Of a stretch of DNA of 64,000 bases, positions 36,225 to 46,940 are shown one piece after another; within the stretch, counting starts at the first letter, position 1; the number at the start of each line of letters is the position of its first letter. This stretch comes from Promethearchaeota archaeon (GTDB lineage Archaea; Asgardarchaeota; Lokiarchaeia; Sigyniarchaeales; SOKP01). The stretch covers positions 32,001-96,000 of the forward strand of contig JAGXNO010000003.1 in the NCBI GenBank assembly GCA_019894975.1, written 5' to 3'. Below the pieces are notes generated by a model that saw only the letters and a list, made by a program, of their open reading frames with translations, was not told the origin of the DNA and ran no database searches. Made by a program: the position numbers and the translations under genes.

Positions 36225-38444
36225 TTATTCAACTTTAATAAACTTCCCAATACCATTTCCAAGGATTTTCAGTGTTTCTTCCTCTAATTCCTCGGGAATA
36301 TGTCTAAACGAAAAATCTTCGAGTGCGGGTAAGAGGTTCTGAAGCGTTACTCTTGTTAGATAGTCTAACTGATCACATAAGGCAATTAGTTGAAAATGAG
36401 TTGAATTCTCTATTAAAATAGCACCCTTACTTACAGTAAAATAATTCACTTGTTGTTGTAACATATATTTCTTCACGTTTATCCAGAGATCAAGAAATCC
36501 TCTAAGATAAATTGAGTCTTGTGTAGAGCCACTCTTTTCATTTTTTAGAATTAATTCCCAGGCCGAATCTTGTGTTCCAATATATAAAGTATGTACTTCA
36601 ATTTTCTTTTTTGACTTTGTTTCCTCAGATTTCCTGAATGTTAATCTTTGAAACATTCTTCGTAATACTGAATCCGCTGATTTTTCAATCACTCCCGTAT
36701 TTAACTGATTTAAATTTACATTAATATCATTTTCAAGACTGGATAAATCAAAATCATGGGCAATTTTTAAAGCTTCTTCGAAATAAAGTCTTGCTTGTTC
36801 TGGTAGCTTACTCTCTGCAGCAAGCAATCCTTTTAGAAGAACTAATCTACAGAGATCCAAATAACTTTGATTTTCGATAGCAATGGTTTTGGCTAAGTCC
36901 AAATGATTGTATGCGTGATTTAAATGCTCTAGATCTCCGCTCTCCTGGAAGAATTTAAAATATCCTTCAGCAAGTCTAATTTCAATATCACTTGCATCTT
37001 CTACAGACTGATTTTTAAACATGATTTCTCTTTCTTCAATAAGGTGATTGATTAATTCTGCCCAGTTTCCGCGTAATTCTCCTTCAATAGCTTGTAGATC
37101 GTGCATAAAAATATCACCTACCGGTGATTCTAAGAAATCGGGATCATTTGGTAAGTTATTTCTCACAAAATCTATTAATTCAAGAGAATCTGTTTTCCCT
37201 GCAATTCTTTTCAGAGTAGAAAGGAGATCGAGTTTATAATAACTTGGAACATTTTCTTCTGATAGTAGTTTTTGACATAATTCTTTTGATTCATCATACC
37301 GTTCAGATATAAATAGTGTTTCAGCAATAATGCTCATTAAAGAGCTTTTTATAAAGAATTCTTCTTGAACGATTGGTAGTTCTAATATGGCTTGTTGACG
37401 TGTTAATGCTTGATCATATAATCCTTTTTTAGATTCCAGTACAGACATATTTGAGGAAACAACTGCATTAGTTCTTTCATCACCTAGTTCCTCGCTAACT
37501 TCTAAAACGATTTCAAAGACTTTTAGAGCTTTATCTAAATCTCCGCTAGATTGGTTAACAGCGGCATAAAAATTTCCTACAACACTTATGATTTCTCTGT
37601 TTTCTAATAATTGTCCAAAATTGAAAACGGGTTCAATATATTCTATAGCTTTGTTTATTTTTCCAAGAAAATATAGTCTAAATCCATAGTACCCCTGCAA
37701 AAGCATTAATCCAGTCCTCATCTCAATGGAAGTTTGATCTCCCCATTCTTCTTGACAATAATCATATAATTCTTCTAAAAGATCGTAAGCACTTAACCGA
37801 AGATAAACTTCAGCTTTTGCAATTGCCGCTTCTAATTGAATTAATGGTGGAGCTGACTTGAAATCAATTCTCTTGGCTATTAATGTAAGTTCTGATGAGG
37901 GAGAAAATCTTGCTTGTAACCTTAAGTATATTAGATAACTCCAAGAGCGTGGATTGTATTTATAGTTTAGAAGATCTTTACCCTTTCCAATGATAAATCC
38001 CCATTTGACCGCTAAAAATGTGAGTAATTGACTATCGGGATTATTCTGCCTCAAATCGATTAAAAACTCAAACCATTCCTCAACATTTTTAATTTTTAAT
38101 CCCGAAGCCGAAGTAAGAATTTTAATTTCTTCTTCATTTGCTAAAGACATGTAAGCCCGAAGTTCTAGGGGAATTAAACGTTGAAGGGTACTCCATAAAT
38201 CAGGAGCACCTCTTTCACTCTTTTTCTCTTTATAATAATCTTTGTGAGCCCGGTAAGCTCCCTTCTCATCGATTACAACCACATTAATATGCAGTGAATC
38301 TGAATCAATAGGATGTCCTACTCTAACAGTAAAGAGTTTTCCAATCATTGGATTACCTGATTCGGATTTATGGATGTAAGAATTAGGATTATTAATATCA
38401 AAGTTGATTTTATGTTCACACATTTTACAACTAATCTCAGTCAT
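36225..38444 (-). CDS. TPR/helical-repeat protein with N-terminal CxxC domain and C-terminal longin-like domain
   Basis: CKMC...H; GDLDKALKVFEIVLEVSEELGD TPR pattern; DSIYLRGFL longin-like helix. Confidence 0.65.
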   Translation of the reverse strand: MTEISCKMCEHKINFDINNPNSYIHKSESGNPMIGKLFTVRVGHPIDSDSLHINVVVIDEKGAYRAHKDYYKEKKSERGAPDLWSTLQRLIPLELRAYMSLANEEEIKILTSASGLKIKNVEEWFEFLIDLRQNNPDSQLLTFLAVKWGFIIGKGKDLLNYKYNPRSWSYLIYLRLQARFSPSSELTLIAKRIDFKSAPPLIQLEAAIAKAEVYLRLSAYDLLEELYDYCQEEWGDQTSIEMRTGLMLLQGYYGFRLYFLGKINKAIEYIEPVFNFGQLLENREIISVVGNFYAAVNQSSGDLDKALKVFEIVLEVSEELGDERTNAVVSSNMSVLESKKGLYDQALTRQQAILELPIVQEEFFIKSSLMSIIAETLFISERYDESKELCQKLLSEENVPSYYKLDLLSTLKRIAGKTDSLELIDFVRNNLPNDPDFLESPVGDIFMHDLQAIEGELRGNWAELINHLIEEREIMFKNQSVEDASDIEIRLAEGYFKFFQESGDLEHLNHAYNHLDLAKTIAIENQSYLDLCRLVLLKGLLAAESKLPEQARLYFEEALKIAHDFDLSSLENDINVNLNQLNTGVIEKSADSVLRRMFQRLTFRKSEETKSKKKIEVHTLYIGTQDSAWELILKNEKSGSTQDSIYLRGFLDLWINVKKYMLQQQVNYFTVSKGAILIENSTHFQLIALCDQLDYLTRVTLQNLLPALEDFSFRHIPEELEEETLKILGNGIGKFIKVE

Positions 38445-38507
38445 ATGAACACCTCATCTTATTTGGTATTTGGAAGATGAGAGTTTTGATTTAAATGTAT
38501 TACGTCC

Positions 38508-39116
38508 TTAATATTTAGTAAGGAGTTTTTTACCTAAATCTGTAATCTCATCTAATAATTTATCAATCCCTCTTCCATCTAAAGAACAGGTTTCTATATA
38601 TCTTTGAAAATATTTTCTCTTTCCAACTACAGACTCAACTAATTCATCCGATATATTTCTTTCTAGATCTATTTTATTTCCTACAAGGATTAAGCCTATT
38701 TTTCCATTTTTATGTTTATGATCAAGATCCATGAGTTCCATCCAATTATTTAAATTTTCAAAGGATTCATATCGATCTACTGAAAAAACAAAAATATAGA
38801 TATCGATGGATTTTATAACTTGGTCTTTGATAAGATCTAAAGGATGACCACCGGGAGTTCGTTGCCCAGCTAAATCATAACATTGAAAATGTAAATCTTT
38901 ATATGCCCAAGATTCAATTTCCATAAATGGGGTGCGAGTAATTTCTTTTTTATCCAACACTTCTTTAGGATTTGAACCATTTACATTGTCTGTTGTTTTC
39001 TCAATTAGAGCTTGGACTAATGTTGTTTTTCCGACTGCACCATCCCCTACAATAGTCATACGCACTAATTTTCTTGACTTTTTAACTCTTTTTAAAAATT
39101 GAGATAATTTACCCAT
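38508..39116 (-). CDS. Ras-superfamily small GTPase, Arf-like features
   Basis: GDGAVGKT, T, DLAGQ, NKID, ETCS. Confidence 0.9.
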   Translation of the reverse strand: MGKLSQFLKRVKKSRKLVRMTIVGDGAVGKTTLVQALIEKTTDNVNGSNPKEVLDKKEITRTPFMEIESWAYKDLHFQCYDLAGQRTPGGHPLDLIKDQVIKSIDIYIFVFSVDRYESFENLNNWMELMDLDHKHKNGKIGLILVGNKIDLERNISDELVESVVGKRKYFQRYIETCSLDGRGIDKLLDEITDLGKKLLTKY

Positions 39117-39430
39117 ATAAAATACTCCTATCTTGATATATTCAATTTGTTGAAAAGTTATCCCGAAATAAGAAAGTAGATATTCTTCAGATGTTGGTTA
39201 ATAGATTTTAAAGTATGTTTTAAAATATTTGTACGTGTCATCAATAGAAACAATAGATTTATCATTTTATTCATTTGACAAAAACGATTTGATTAGAATT
39301 CTAACGAATCATCAGTAATTTAGAATCATTAATGTAACTGATAACTAAAATAAAGTCAAGTTTGTGGGTTAAAAAACGAATGTGATATTGAAATATATAT
39401 CAAGAATTTTTCCTAAAAATTTCTCCTCAT

Positions 39431-40705
39431 TTAGTTAAAAACAGGTTCAAAATCCAAGTAAAGACTGAATTCCTTTTTTGTTTTATCAAATTCTTGTCTA
39501 GAACTTCTGAAGATGTTAGTCAGAGTATGATAGTTTAGCTCTTGTTTAAATTTTCTATCCCAATTCCACCAATTAGGCAATCCCATGAAGTGTATATTCC
39601 AAAGATACTCCTGTTCTTCTGATGTCCTGCTCCGAATTTCATTTGACAATAAAAGCCAGAATAAAATAAGATTGCTGGATATTTCCTCATCTTCCTTAAT
39701 TGGTCCCCTGAAGAATTTATTAAATGCTAATAACATTAGCATTGCAAGGCCATATTTCATTTGAATTTTTGAAGTATTCGCTAGGTATTTTTTTCGTATA
39801 GCATCCCAACTTATTTCATTGACAATATTCTCTATATCATTATTGATGCTTTCTCGAATTTTATTAAAATAGAATTCTTCTGTTAAATATGGTTGGGTTT
39901 CAATATATTGAAAAATTCGAAGAGCACAGGCAATTCTCCATTCTAACCATTCTTGAGAATATTCGAATGCTAATTTTAATGCTTTTTCTTTATCTGGCCA
40001 TGAGTTTAAGATAAGGCTTAGTTTATTATTTATTTCATCATAGAATTTTACATAATGATCATATATACGAGCATAAGAATAGCCTAGAATATCAATATAA
40101 GTAAAAATTTCTAATGTATCAATAAAACTGTTAATCTTCACTCTATTATCTAGCAAGCTATTAAATTCAGTATCATTTAGGAGGGAATATACTCCATAAA
40201 AAGTAGATTCTCCTGTAAATATTGTTGCAAATAATAGATGGTACTGAATGGTTTTGTTAATTATTACTTTTTCTGTATCAGATAGCTTAAATTGATCAAG
40301 TAATTTCATTTTAGAGATTAGATAATAACTATGGTAAGGATGGTCTTTCTTATCTTCTAATCTACCAATATCATGATACATTAATACGATTGGGAGAATT
40401 ATATTATTTTGAGAATGCAGCTTTAGAAGTTTTTCCCTAATTACATTCAAAGAATCAGGTGAAAGAGTATCGTGTAAGAACTCTCCGTCTAAAATAAGGA
40501 AGAATATTTTAAAGAGTCTAAATATATGTCGTATTGTTCTTTGGAATTCATCCTTTTCACTCAAGCTACCCTCTTGGAATATATTTTCTAAATTTGGGAA
40601 AATAGAGATCAATTGAAAATAAGCTTTTGAATCTGTGATCTCATTAGAGTTGTCGATCCAATCAAGGTCAATATCTATAAATAGCTTGTGGAGAGATTCA
40701 ATCAT
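39431..40705 (-). CDS. HD-domain-like hypothetical protein
   Basis: H...LMYHDIGR...H...YH...D pattern. Confidence 0.55.
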   Translation of the reverse strand: MIESLHKLFIDIDLDWIDNSNEITDSKAYFQLISIFPNLENIFQEGSLSEKDEFQRTIRHIFRLFKIFFLILDGEFLHDTLSPDSLNVIREKLLKLHSQNNIILPIVLMYHDIGRLEDKKDHPYHSYYLISKMKLLDQFKLSDTEKVIINKTIQYHLLFATIFTGESTFYGVYSLLNDTEFNSLLDNRVKINSFIDTLEIFTYIDILGYSYARIYDHYVKFYDEINNKLSLILNSWPDKEKALKLAFEYSQEWLEWRIACALRIFQYIETQPYLTEEFYFNKIRESINNDIENIVNEISWDAIRKKYLANTSKIQMKYGLAMLMLLAFNKFFRGPIKEDEEISSNLILFWLLLSNEIRSRTSEEQEYLWNIHFMGLPNWWNWDRKFKQELNYHTLTNIFRSSRQEFDKTKKEFSLYLDFEPVFN

Positions 40706-40707
40706 TA

Positions 40708-41679
40708 TTATAGCACTTTTTCTTCTAATAGGTTAAAAAATGGTTCAATATCGATATTACCACCACTTAAAATGATACCAACTCTTTCATTTTCTACGTG
40801 AATCTTATTTCCAAGCAAAGCTGCTAAGGGCACTGCTCCTGAAGGTTCAACTATAATTTTCATCCGTTGCCAAAGAAATTTCATAGCGTCGATAATTTCA
40901 ATTTCAGAAACAGTTAGTATATGGTTAACGTATTTTCGAATTATATTAAATGTCCTTTCGCAAATAGAGGTACGTAATCCGTCTGCGATAGTATTTGGAT
41001 ATGTACTGGGAACGATATAACCTGCTTGAATAGATCTATAAGCATCATCTGCTATTGAAGGCTCTACGCCAACAATTTGAGCATTTGGGCATAATTCTTT
41101 AGTTGCAAGAGCAGTACCACTTAATAATCCTCCACCTCCAAGTGGAGCAATTATCAGATCGAGATCTCCTATCTCTTTTATTAATTCATAAGCTGCAGTT
41201 CCTTGGCCACATATTACGTCGTAATTATCATAAGGGTGAATTAGAACATATTGATGACTTTTAATTAATTTTTCAGTGATTTGAGATCGAGCTATTAGAG
41301 TATTATCACAAAATACAACAGTAGCACCATATCCTTTAGTAGCATCAATCTTATTAGGGGGGGCTCCTTTAGGCATTACAATAGTAGCTTTAATCCCTAG
41401 TATCGACGCTGCAAGAGCAACCGCTTGAGCATGATTTCCACTCGAATGTGTAATGACACCACGTTTTTTATCTTTTTCAGAAAGTAAACTTAATGCGTTA
41501 TAAGCCCCACGGAATTTAAAAGCCCCAACTCTTTGGAAATTTTCGCATTTAAAATAAATATCTGCTTTTATTATGGAATTTAATGTCCTTGAATTCATAA
41601 CAGCAGTGTTATTGACGATACCACTATTCCTTTTGAAAGCTTGTTCTATTCCTTGAAATGACATCAGTATTTGTTTCAA
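40708..41679 (-). CDS. PLP-dependent serine/threonine dehydratase (serine racemase-like)
   Basis: KCENFQRVGAFKFRGA, SSGNHAQ, GGGGLLSG, EPSGA, SGGN. Confidence 0.92.
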   Translation of the reverse strand: MKQILMSFQGIEQAFKRNSGIVNNTAVMNSRTLNSIIKADIYFKCENFQRVGAFKFRGAYNALSLLSEKDKKRGVITHSSGNHAQAVALAASILGIKATIVMPKGAPPNKIDATKGYGATVVFCDNTLIARSQITEKLIKSHQYVLIHPYDNYDVICGQGTAAYELIKEIGDLDLIIAPLGGGGLLSGTALATKELCPNAQIVGVEPSIADDAYRSIQAGYIVPSTYPNTIADGLRTSICERTFNIIRKYVNHILTVSEIEIIDAMKFLWQRMKIIVEPSGAVPLAALLGNKIHVENERVGIILSGGNIDIEPFFNLLEEKVL

Positions 41680-41734
41680 ATACTACTAAATTATAATTTT
41701 AAAAATCTTTCAAAGATTAAATTTTATTAGATAT

Positions 41735-42257
41735 TTACTCTAGATTTAGTCGCAATTCAAGGTCTCCCACCTTTAATTTATTCCCAGTCGGTTCAAAACC
41801 TAATCTTTTGTAAAATTCAAGTGCTTTTTTGTTTTCAGGCAAGGTATATACAATCAATTGTCTTGCGTTATATTTGGATTTTACGTGTTCAAATATCTTT
41901 TTGCATAGCTTTTTTACCATATCCCTTTTCTTGATATTTATCTGCGATCATAAATCTCCAGATGTAGAGAAAAGGTTTAAAATGCTTTATAATCTTATAC
42001 TTCAGAGCATTATCTCCAAGCATTACAAATCCAATTGGAATTTCACCCAAATATATTGCACGCATCCATGCTTCTCTGTAAAAATAAGCATCTGCCATAG
42101 ACACAGCATTAGAAGCAATAAAAAACCTCTGTTTTGGTTTTACTTCTATTCTTGTAATTTCACGATAATTACGTCTAGTAATTCTCCGTAAAGTAATCAC
42201 TTTGTTATCATTCAAGGGTGTGTTTTCCTCTGTCATACTTAGAATAAACCATTTCAT
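41735..42257 (-). pseudogene. GNAT acetyltransferase (spermidine acetyltransferase-like) split by a frameshift in an A-run
   Basis: YIWRFMIADKYQEKGYGKKAMQK then other frame KIFEHVK...NKKALEFYKRLGF; shift at ~41900. Confidence 0.75.
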
Positions 42258-43249
42258 ATTTCTAAAAGAATTTTAACAAAATCTCTTTCACCTGGCTTGG
42301 TATACTTCTCAAACACATTTTGGATATCTTTTAAAGAAACCATTTCGGAGATAATTTGATGAGCATCTACCTCATTATTGGTAATAGTATCAATTGCAGT
42401 TAAGATATCCTCACTATCATGCCCTAAACATCCTTTTAAAGTAACTTCTTTAGAATTTATCATAAAGAAAGGAAATGGTATGCTACCCTTATGAATTCCC
42501 TCAAGAACAATAGTTCCTCCTCTTTTTATTAAAAAGATTGAATCTGATAACGTTTCTTGGTTTCCAACACAATCAAAAATGAAAGTTGGTTCTCCCAGAC
42601 TTTTTATTGTCTTCTTTATTTTTGCTCTTCTTGGAGCCACTGCATCAGTGGCCCCCATTTCTATTGCTTTTTTTCTTAGGAATTCTTCTGGTTCAACCAC
42701 TACGATATAATTGGGATCTTTATGAATTTTTAAAGCTTTTAGGATTGTTAATCCCACACTACCTCCTCCAAATATTAAAACTCTTTCCTCAGCTTTTATT
42801 TGAGATAATTTGAATGCCCTATGCGCCAATGCAAAAGTTTCAATTAGAACTGCTTCTTTCATTGTAATCTTTTGTGGAATTTTAAAAACCCATTCTTTTG
42901 GTGCTTTAACAAATTCGGCAAATCCCCCATCTTGAAATGTTCCTAATCCCCTTAAAACACCTTTACTAGGATCAAGTGAAACAGTAAAACAAACGACTTT
43001 TTCTCCTACTTTTAATTCAGAAACATTTTCTCCTATTTCTGCAACTTCACCTGAGATTTCATGCCCCATTACTAAAGGAACTTGATACATTCTGTATTTA
43101 AAATTTGTTATATCTGAACCACAAATTCCGCAATAATATACTTTAACCAAAACATCATCAGGACCAATTATAGGCTTCGGATAATCTTCTCTATAGACAA
43201 TTTTTTGAATGTCTTTAAAAACTGCAGCTTTAATTGTTCTTCTCCTCAA
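42254..43249 (-). CDS. Zn-dependent alcohol/sugar dehydrogenase lacking structural Zn lobe
   Basis: CGICGSD, GHE, GGGSVG. Confidence 0.88.
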   Translation of the reverse strand: MRRRTIKAAVFKDIQKIVYREDYPKPIIGPDDVLVKVYYCGICGSDITNFKYRMYQVPLVMGHEISGEVAEIGENVSELKVGEKVVCFTVSLDPSKGVLRGLGTFQDGGFAEFVKAPKEWVFKIPQKITMKEAVLIETFALAHRAFKLSQIKAEERVLIFGGGSVGLTILKALKIHKDPNYIVVVEPEEFLRKKAIEMGATDAVAPRRAKIKKTIKSLGEPTFIFDCVGNQETLSDSIFLIKRGGTIVLEGIHKGSIPFPFFMINSKEVTLKGCLGHDSEDILTAIDTITNNEVDAHQIISEMVSLKDIQNVFEKYTKPGERDFVKILLEI

Positions 43250-43425
43250 ATAACTTATGTATTGATGATGCTTTCAAAAAATATGCAGCACCATATATTA
43301 CTATCTTGAATTGTAAATTGATATTATAATTATGCTAGAATACAATGCTTTTAAGTAAATACGTTGAATATATTTGATCAAACTAATCAATATATAATAA
43401 TTTACAATCTTATAAGGTTTAAACT

Positions 43426-44664
43426 ATGAACAAAAGACTTTATTCACTTGATTTTTTCAGAGGTATTGCCATAATAATGGTCATAATCTTTCATAGGTTC
43501 ATGTATGATTGGCCAGGGGCAGAGTTTTTCTTTACAGATCCAAAGGGATTTCTTAAAATACCTTGGTTTACAGCAATAATGTTCTTTGCTGGTATGGGAG
43601 GTATTTTTTCTATAATTAGTGGGGTGGTTACAGCTTATTCAACTCATAATCGTATAACTTCAGGAAAAGCTAATAAAAAAATGATTTTATATGCTGGTCT
43701 TTTTTCTTTTTTATGGTTAGCACTAGTAGATTATATCAGAAAATTCCTGTTTAGTACTAAGAGCTATTTTGAAGGAGTATTTTATAATGGGTTAATCACA
43801 GGTTCACTTTTAGAAGGAGAATTAGTCATTCCTCAATTGGAATTATTATACTATACGAGCACTCTGATGATAGTCGGACTTTCTGGATTTATAGTTCCTC
43901 TTATAATGATACTCCTGTCGCGTAATGGTGGTTTTGAAAAAGTAAGTCGTAATAAAATTATTCTTGGAACTCTTGCTGGTGCAATTCTAATTGTAACCCC
44001 AATTTTGTCATTTGCATTTCAACCAATCGTAGATGATTTATTTATTAGTGGTAACTATATAGGAGGTTTTTTTTTAGGGTTATTTGTTTCCCCATACTTT
44101 CCAATTTTCCCCATTATCGCTTATGCCCTACTCGGGGGCATATTAGGAATCTCTTTAGCTAGAGACGATAACAAACGTAATCTAACCATTTTCTGGTTGA
44201 CGTTTGGATTTGCCTTGTTAAGTATTGGAAACTACCTTTTATTAACATTCTTAATTCGTTTCGAGGTTTATAATTATAATTTCGTTCGATTTATGCAATT
44301 AGGAGTCTATCTTATGATTATTATTATTTTACTAAGATTAATAGATTTTAAGCCAGAAGATAAACAAGAGAAGATTGTCAAAAAAACAAGTCCTATTATC
44401 ATGTTTGGGAGAGTATCACTTACAATTTTTGTCTTTGAAGCCATTGTTGCCACAATTTTTCATTGGATTCTCGATTTTATTAATCCTAGGTGGAATACAG
44501 AAGCTTATGTAGTATTGATATTTGGTCTTTTCAATCTAGCTTTTTGGTACTTAATAGTATATTTCTGGAAGAAAAAAGACTTTAAAGGTTCAGTTGAATG
44601 GACGGGAGTATATGTTATCAAAAAACTCTCTGGAATTGGGAAAAAAGAACCAGAAAACAATTGA
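43426..44664 (+). CDS. Multi-TM membrane protein, HGSNAT/DUF418-like acyltransferase family
   Basis: RLYSLDFFRGIAIIMVIIFH; GRVSLTIFV; KGSVEW. Confidence 0.7.
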   Translation: MNKRLYSLDFFRGIAIIMVIIFHRFMYDWPGAEFFFTDPKGFLKIPWFTAIMFFAGMGGIFSIISGVVTAYSTHNRITSGKANKKMILYAGLFSFLWLALVDYIRKFLFSTKSYFEGVFYNGLITGSLLEGELVIPQLELLYYTSTLMIVGLSGFIVPLIMILLSRNGGFEKVSRNKIILGTLAGAILIVTPILSFAFQPIVDDLFISGNYIGGFFLGLFVSPYFPIFPIIAYALLGGILGISLARDDNKRNLTIFWLTFGFALLSIGNYLLLTFLIRFEVYNYNFVRFMQLGVYLMIIIILLRLIDFKPEDKQEKIVKKTSPIIMFGRVSLTIFVFEAIVATIFHWILDFINPRWNTEAYVVLIFGLFNLAFWYLIVYFWKKKDFKGSVEWTGVYVIKKLSGIGKKEPENN

Positions 44665-44753
44665 TTCAAGTAACCCTATCTACTTTTTTTAAATTCTAAA
44701 ATTGAATCATTAACTTTTATATAAAAAAAAATAATTAAAAAATAATTGTAGAA

Positions 44754-45494
44754 TCATTTATTTAATAGCCCACTCATACTTCTTACAATACTCTCTATTT
44801 CATCATCAAAAGTCTTAACCTGATCGAAAAAGATATTATTCACTTGTAGTAGTTGTGAGACAGCATGTTCGGGAGATTGAATTATTTGTTTAGCCATCTT
44901 AATGGTTTCATCTAAAACCTCCCCCTTCTCAACAAGTTTATTTATTATATTTAATCGATATGCTTCTTCTGCGGTAAGGAAAGTCTCCCTTGTGCCCGTA
45001 TTTAAGGTAATTTCAAGAGCTTTACCTCGTCCCACAAGAGTTATATAGGGAAATAAAAGTGGACACGCTCCAAACCTAATTTCTGGGTGACCAAACAGCG
45101 TTCCTTTTGAAGCAATACGGAGATGACAGATGACTGCAAGGTCAAATCCTCCTGCTAGTGCGTATCCATTTATTGCTGCTATTAATAATTTCGGGAACTC
45201 AAATATTTTCTGATGGAAAAGATGATTGGAATCTACAAAATGTTGATAATCTCCCGTTCCTTGAATCACTGCCTGAACCTCATCTCTATCAAATCCTGCA
45301 GTAAAAACTTCTTCACCTCCATAGAGTACAACTGCTTTTACTCTTTTTTCTTCTTTAAGTGAATCTAATGCTTCAATTATTTCAGCTCGCATGGATTCAC
45401 TTAGAGCGTTTTTTTTCTCAGGTCGATTTAACTTAATTATTGCGATTTTACCTTTTTGCTCAACTAATATAAATTGATATTCTTTATTTGCCAA
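44754..45494 (-). CDS. Enoyl-CoA hydratase/isomerase
   Basis: LNRPEKKNAL, FTAGFD, AINGYALAGG, FGHPE. Confidence 0.92.
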   Translation of the reverse strand: MANKEYQFILVEQKGKIAIIKLNRPEKKNALSESMRAEIIEALDSLKEEKRVKAVVLYGGEEVFTAGFDRDEVQAVIQGTGDYQHFVDSNHLFHQKIFEFPKLLIAAINGYALAGGFDLAVICHLRIASKGTLFGHPEIRFGACPLLFPYITLVGRGKALEITLNTGTRETFLTAEEAYRLNIINKLVEKGEVLDETIKMAKQIIQSPEHAVSQLLQVNNIFFDQVKTFDDEIESIVRSMSGLLNK

Positions 45495-45638
45495 ATTTTA
45501 CATCTCATCAAATTTTATTTTAGATTGTTTAAAATCTAGATAAACATACTTAAATTTCTTTAATATAATCCAAAATATTATAAATTAATTTAGGCTTTTA
45601 AATAGTATTTTAAGAGTAAAACATGAGGATATAGCTTA

Positions 45639-46265
45639 ATGTTTTCTATTTGTACTGCTTTTGTTGAAAACGGAAAATTAGAAGAGACATTAAAACAATA
45701 TGCCGACTCAGAAAGAAAATTCACTAAAGAGATTGGTGTTCTTTTTCGAAAATTTTTTCAATGTCAAATTCAACCTCACATTATTTGGTCAATTACAGAA
45801 TGGGAATCTGAAAAAGCACATCATGATGCTGCTCAATCAATTATGGAAATAAGGCGAGATGATCGTTTCGCTGCGATAGCTTTTGGTCCTGAGCCCTATT
45901 TTGAAATATTCTGTAATGAAGAGGAGTCACTTAACTCTGGTAAGTTCTCAGAAAAACTTCAAATAGTAATTGTTATCCATGGTCTTATTAGTGAAAAAGT
46001 TAAAGATAAATATTTAGAAATTAGAAAAGAAAGAATAAGAGAACATAGAGAACAGTTTCATTGGTTAAGAGTTTTTTATAATACTTATAATTCAAATGAG
46101 TTTGTATCATTTTTGGGATTTAATTCTGAAGATTATTTTAATAAGATCAGAAAAATAGATGATTATTTTTTAGAAGAATATTTGTTTACAGGACTACGAA
46201 ATCCTCTTGGAATGTCATATATTGCTAATTATAATCAGTTTATATGTAAACCAATCAAATTTTAG
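45639..46265 (+). CDS. Double ABM (dimeric alpha+beta barrel) domain protein
   Basis: ITEWESEKAH motif; two similar halves. Confidence 0.6.
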   Translation: MFSICTAFVENGKLEETLKQYADSERKFTKEIGVLFRKFFQCQIQPHIIWSITEWESEKAHHDAAQSIMEIRRDDRFAAIAFGPEPYFEIFCNEEESLNSGKFSEKLQIVIVIHGLISEKVKDKYLEIRKERIREHREQFHWLRVFYNTYNSNEFVSFLGFNSEDYFNKIRKIDDYFLEEYLFTGLRNPLGMSYIANYNQFICKPIKF

Positions 46266-46274
46266 GTTAATTCT

Positions 46275-46508
46275 ATGAAACCTCCTATATGTAGAGTATG
46301 TAATAAAGAGTTAGAGGAAAAAGAAGATGGTGGATTAATCTATTTTAAAAAACGCCAATCTGATATAAAGTGGGAAAAAAGAATGGAAGAAATTGGAGGT
46401 GTTGGACATCCACCCTATGCGGAATGGTTCTGTAAAAGGCATTTTAAGAAGGCAAATGAGCTAAAACATTTACCTATTGATAAAGCTTTAGAGCAGTTAT
46501 TGCTTTAA
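46275..46508 (+). CDS. Small Zn-finger-like protein
   Basis: MKPPICRVC...GHPPYAEWFCKRH. Confidence 0.7.
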   Translation: MKPPICRVCNKELEEKEDGGLIYFKKRQSDIKWEKRMEEIGGVGHPPYAEWFCKRHFKKANELKHLPIDKALEQLLL

Positions 46509-46940
46509 AGGGCCTAATTCCTTTATTTGATTCGTAAATTCAGTGATTACTTCTGAAAATCTCTTACCTTCAGATGCACTTACCCATTCTAATCGCACTC
46601 GTTTAGGATCTACTCCTAATTGTTTAATTAAAATGTTATGCAGTCTTTCGAATCTCTCTTGTGTATACTCATTCCCTGTTATATAGTGACAATCACCTAT
46701 ATGACAACCGCTTACAAGAATGCCATCAGCACCGTTCTTGAGGGCTTTTAAAACAAATGAAGGATCTACTCTTCCTGAGCACATTACCCTTATAATTCTG
46801 ATATTAGGAGGATACTGAAATCGAGATACGCCCGCTAAATCTGCTCCCGCATAACTGCACCAATTGCAACAGAAAACCAATAGTTTTGGTTCAAATCCTT
46901 CTTTTTTTACACTATTTTTTGATTTTGACATGAATATCAC
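46497..46940 (-). CDS. mvhD: MvhD [2Fe-2S] subunit (Cys form)
   Basis: CCNWCSYAGADLAG, VMCSGRVD, GCHIGDCHY, WVSASEG. Confidence 0.93.
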   Translation of the reverse strand: MIFMSKSKNSVKKEGFEPKLLVFCCNWCSYAGADLAGVSRFQYPPNIRIIRVMCSGRVDPSFVLKALKNGADGILVSGCHIGDCHYITGNEYTQERFERLHNILIKQLGVDPKRVRLEWVSASEGKRFSEVITEFTNQIKELGPLKQ

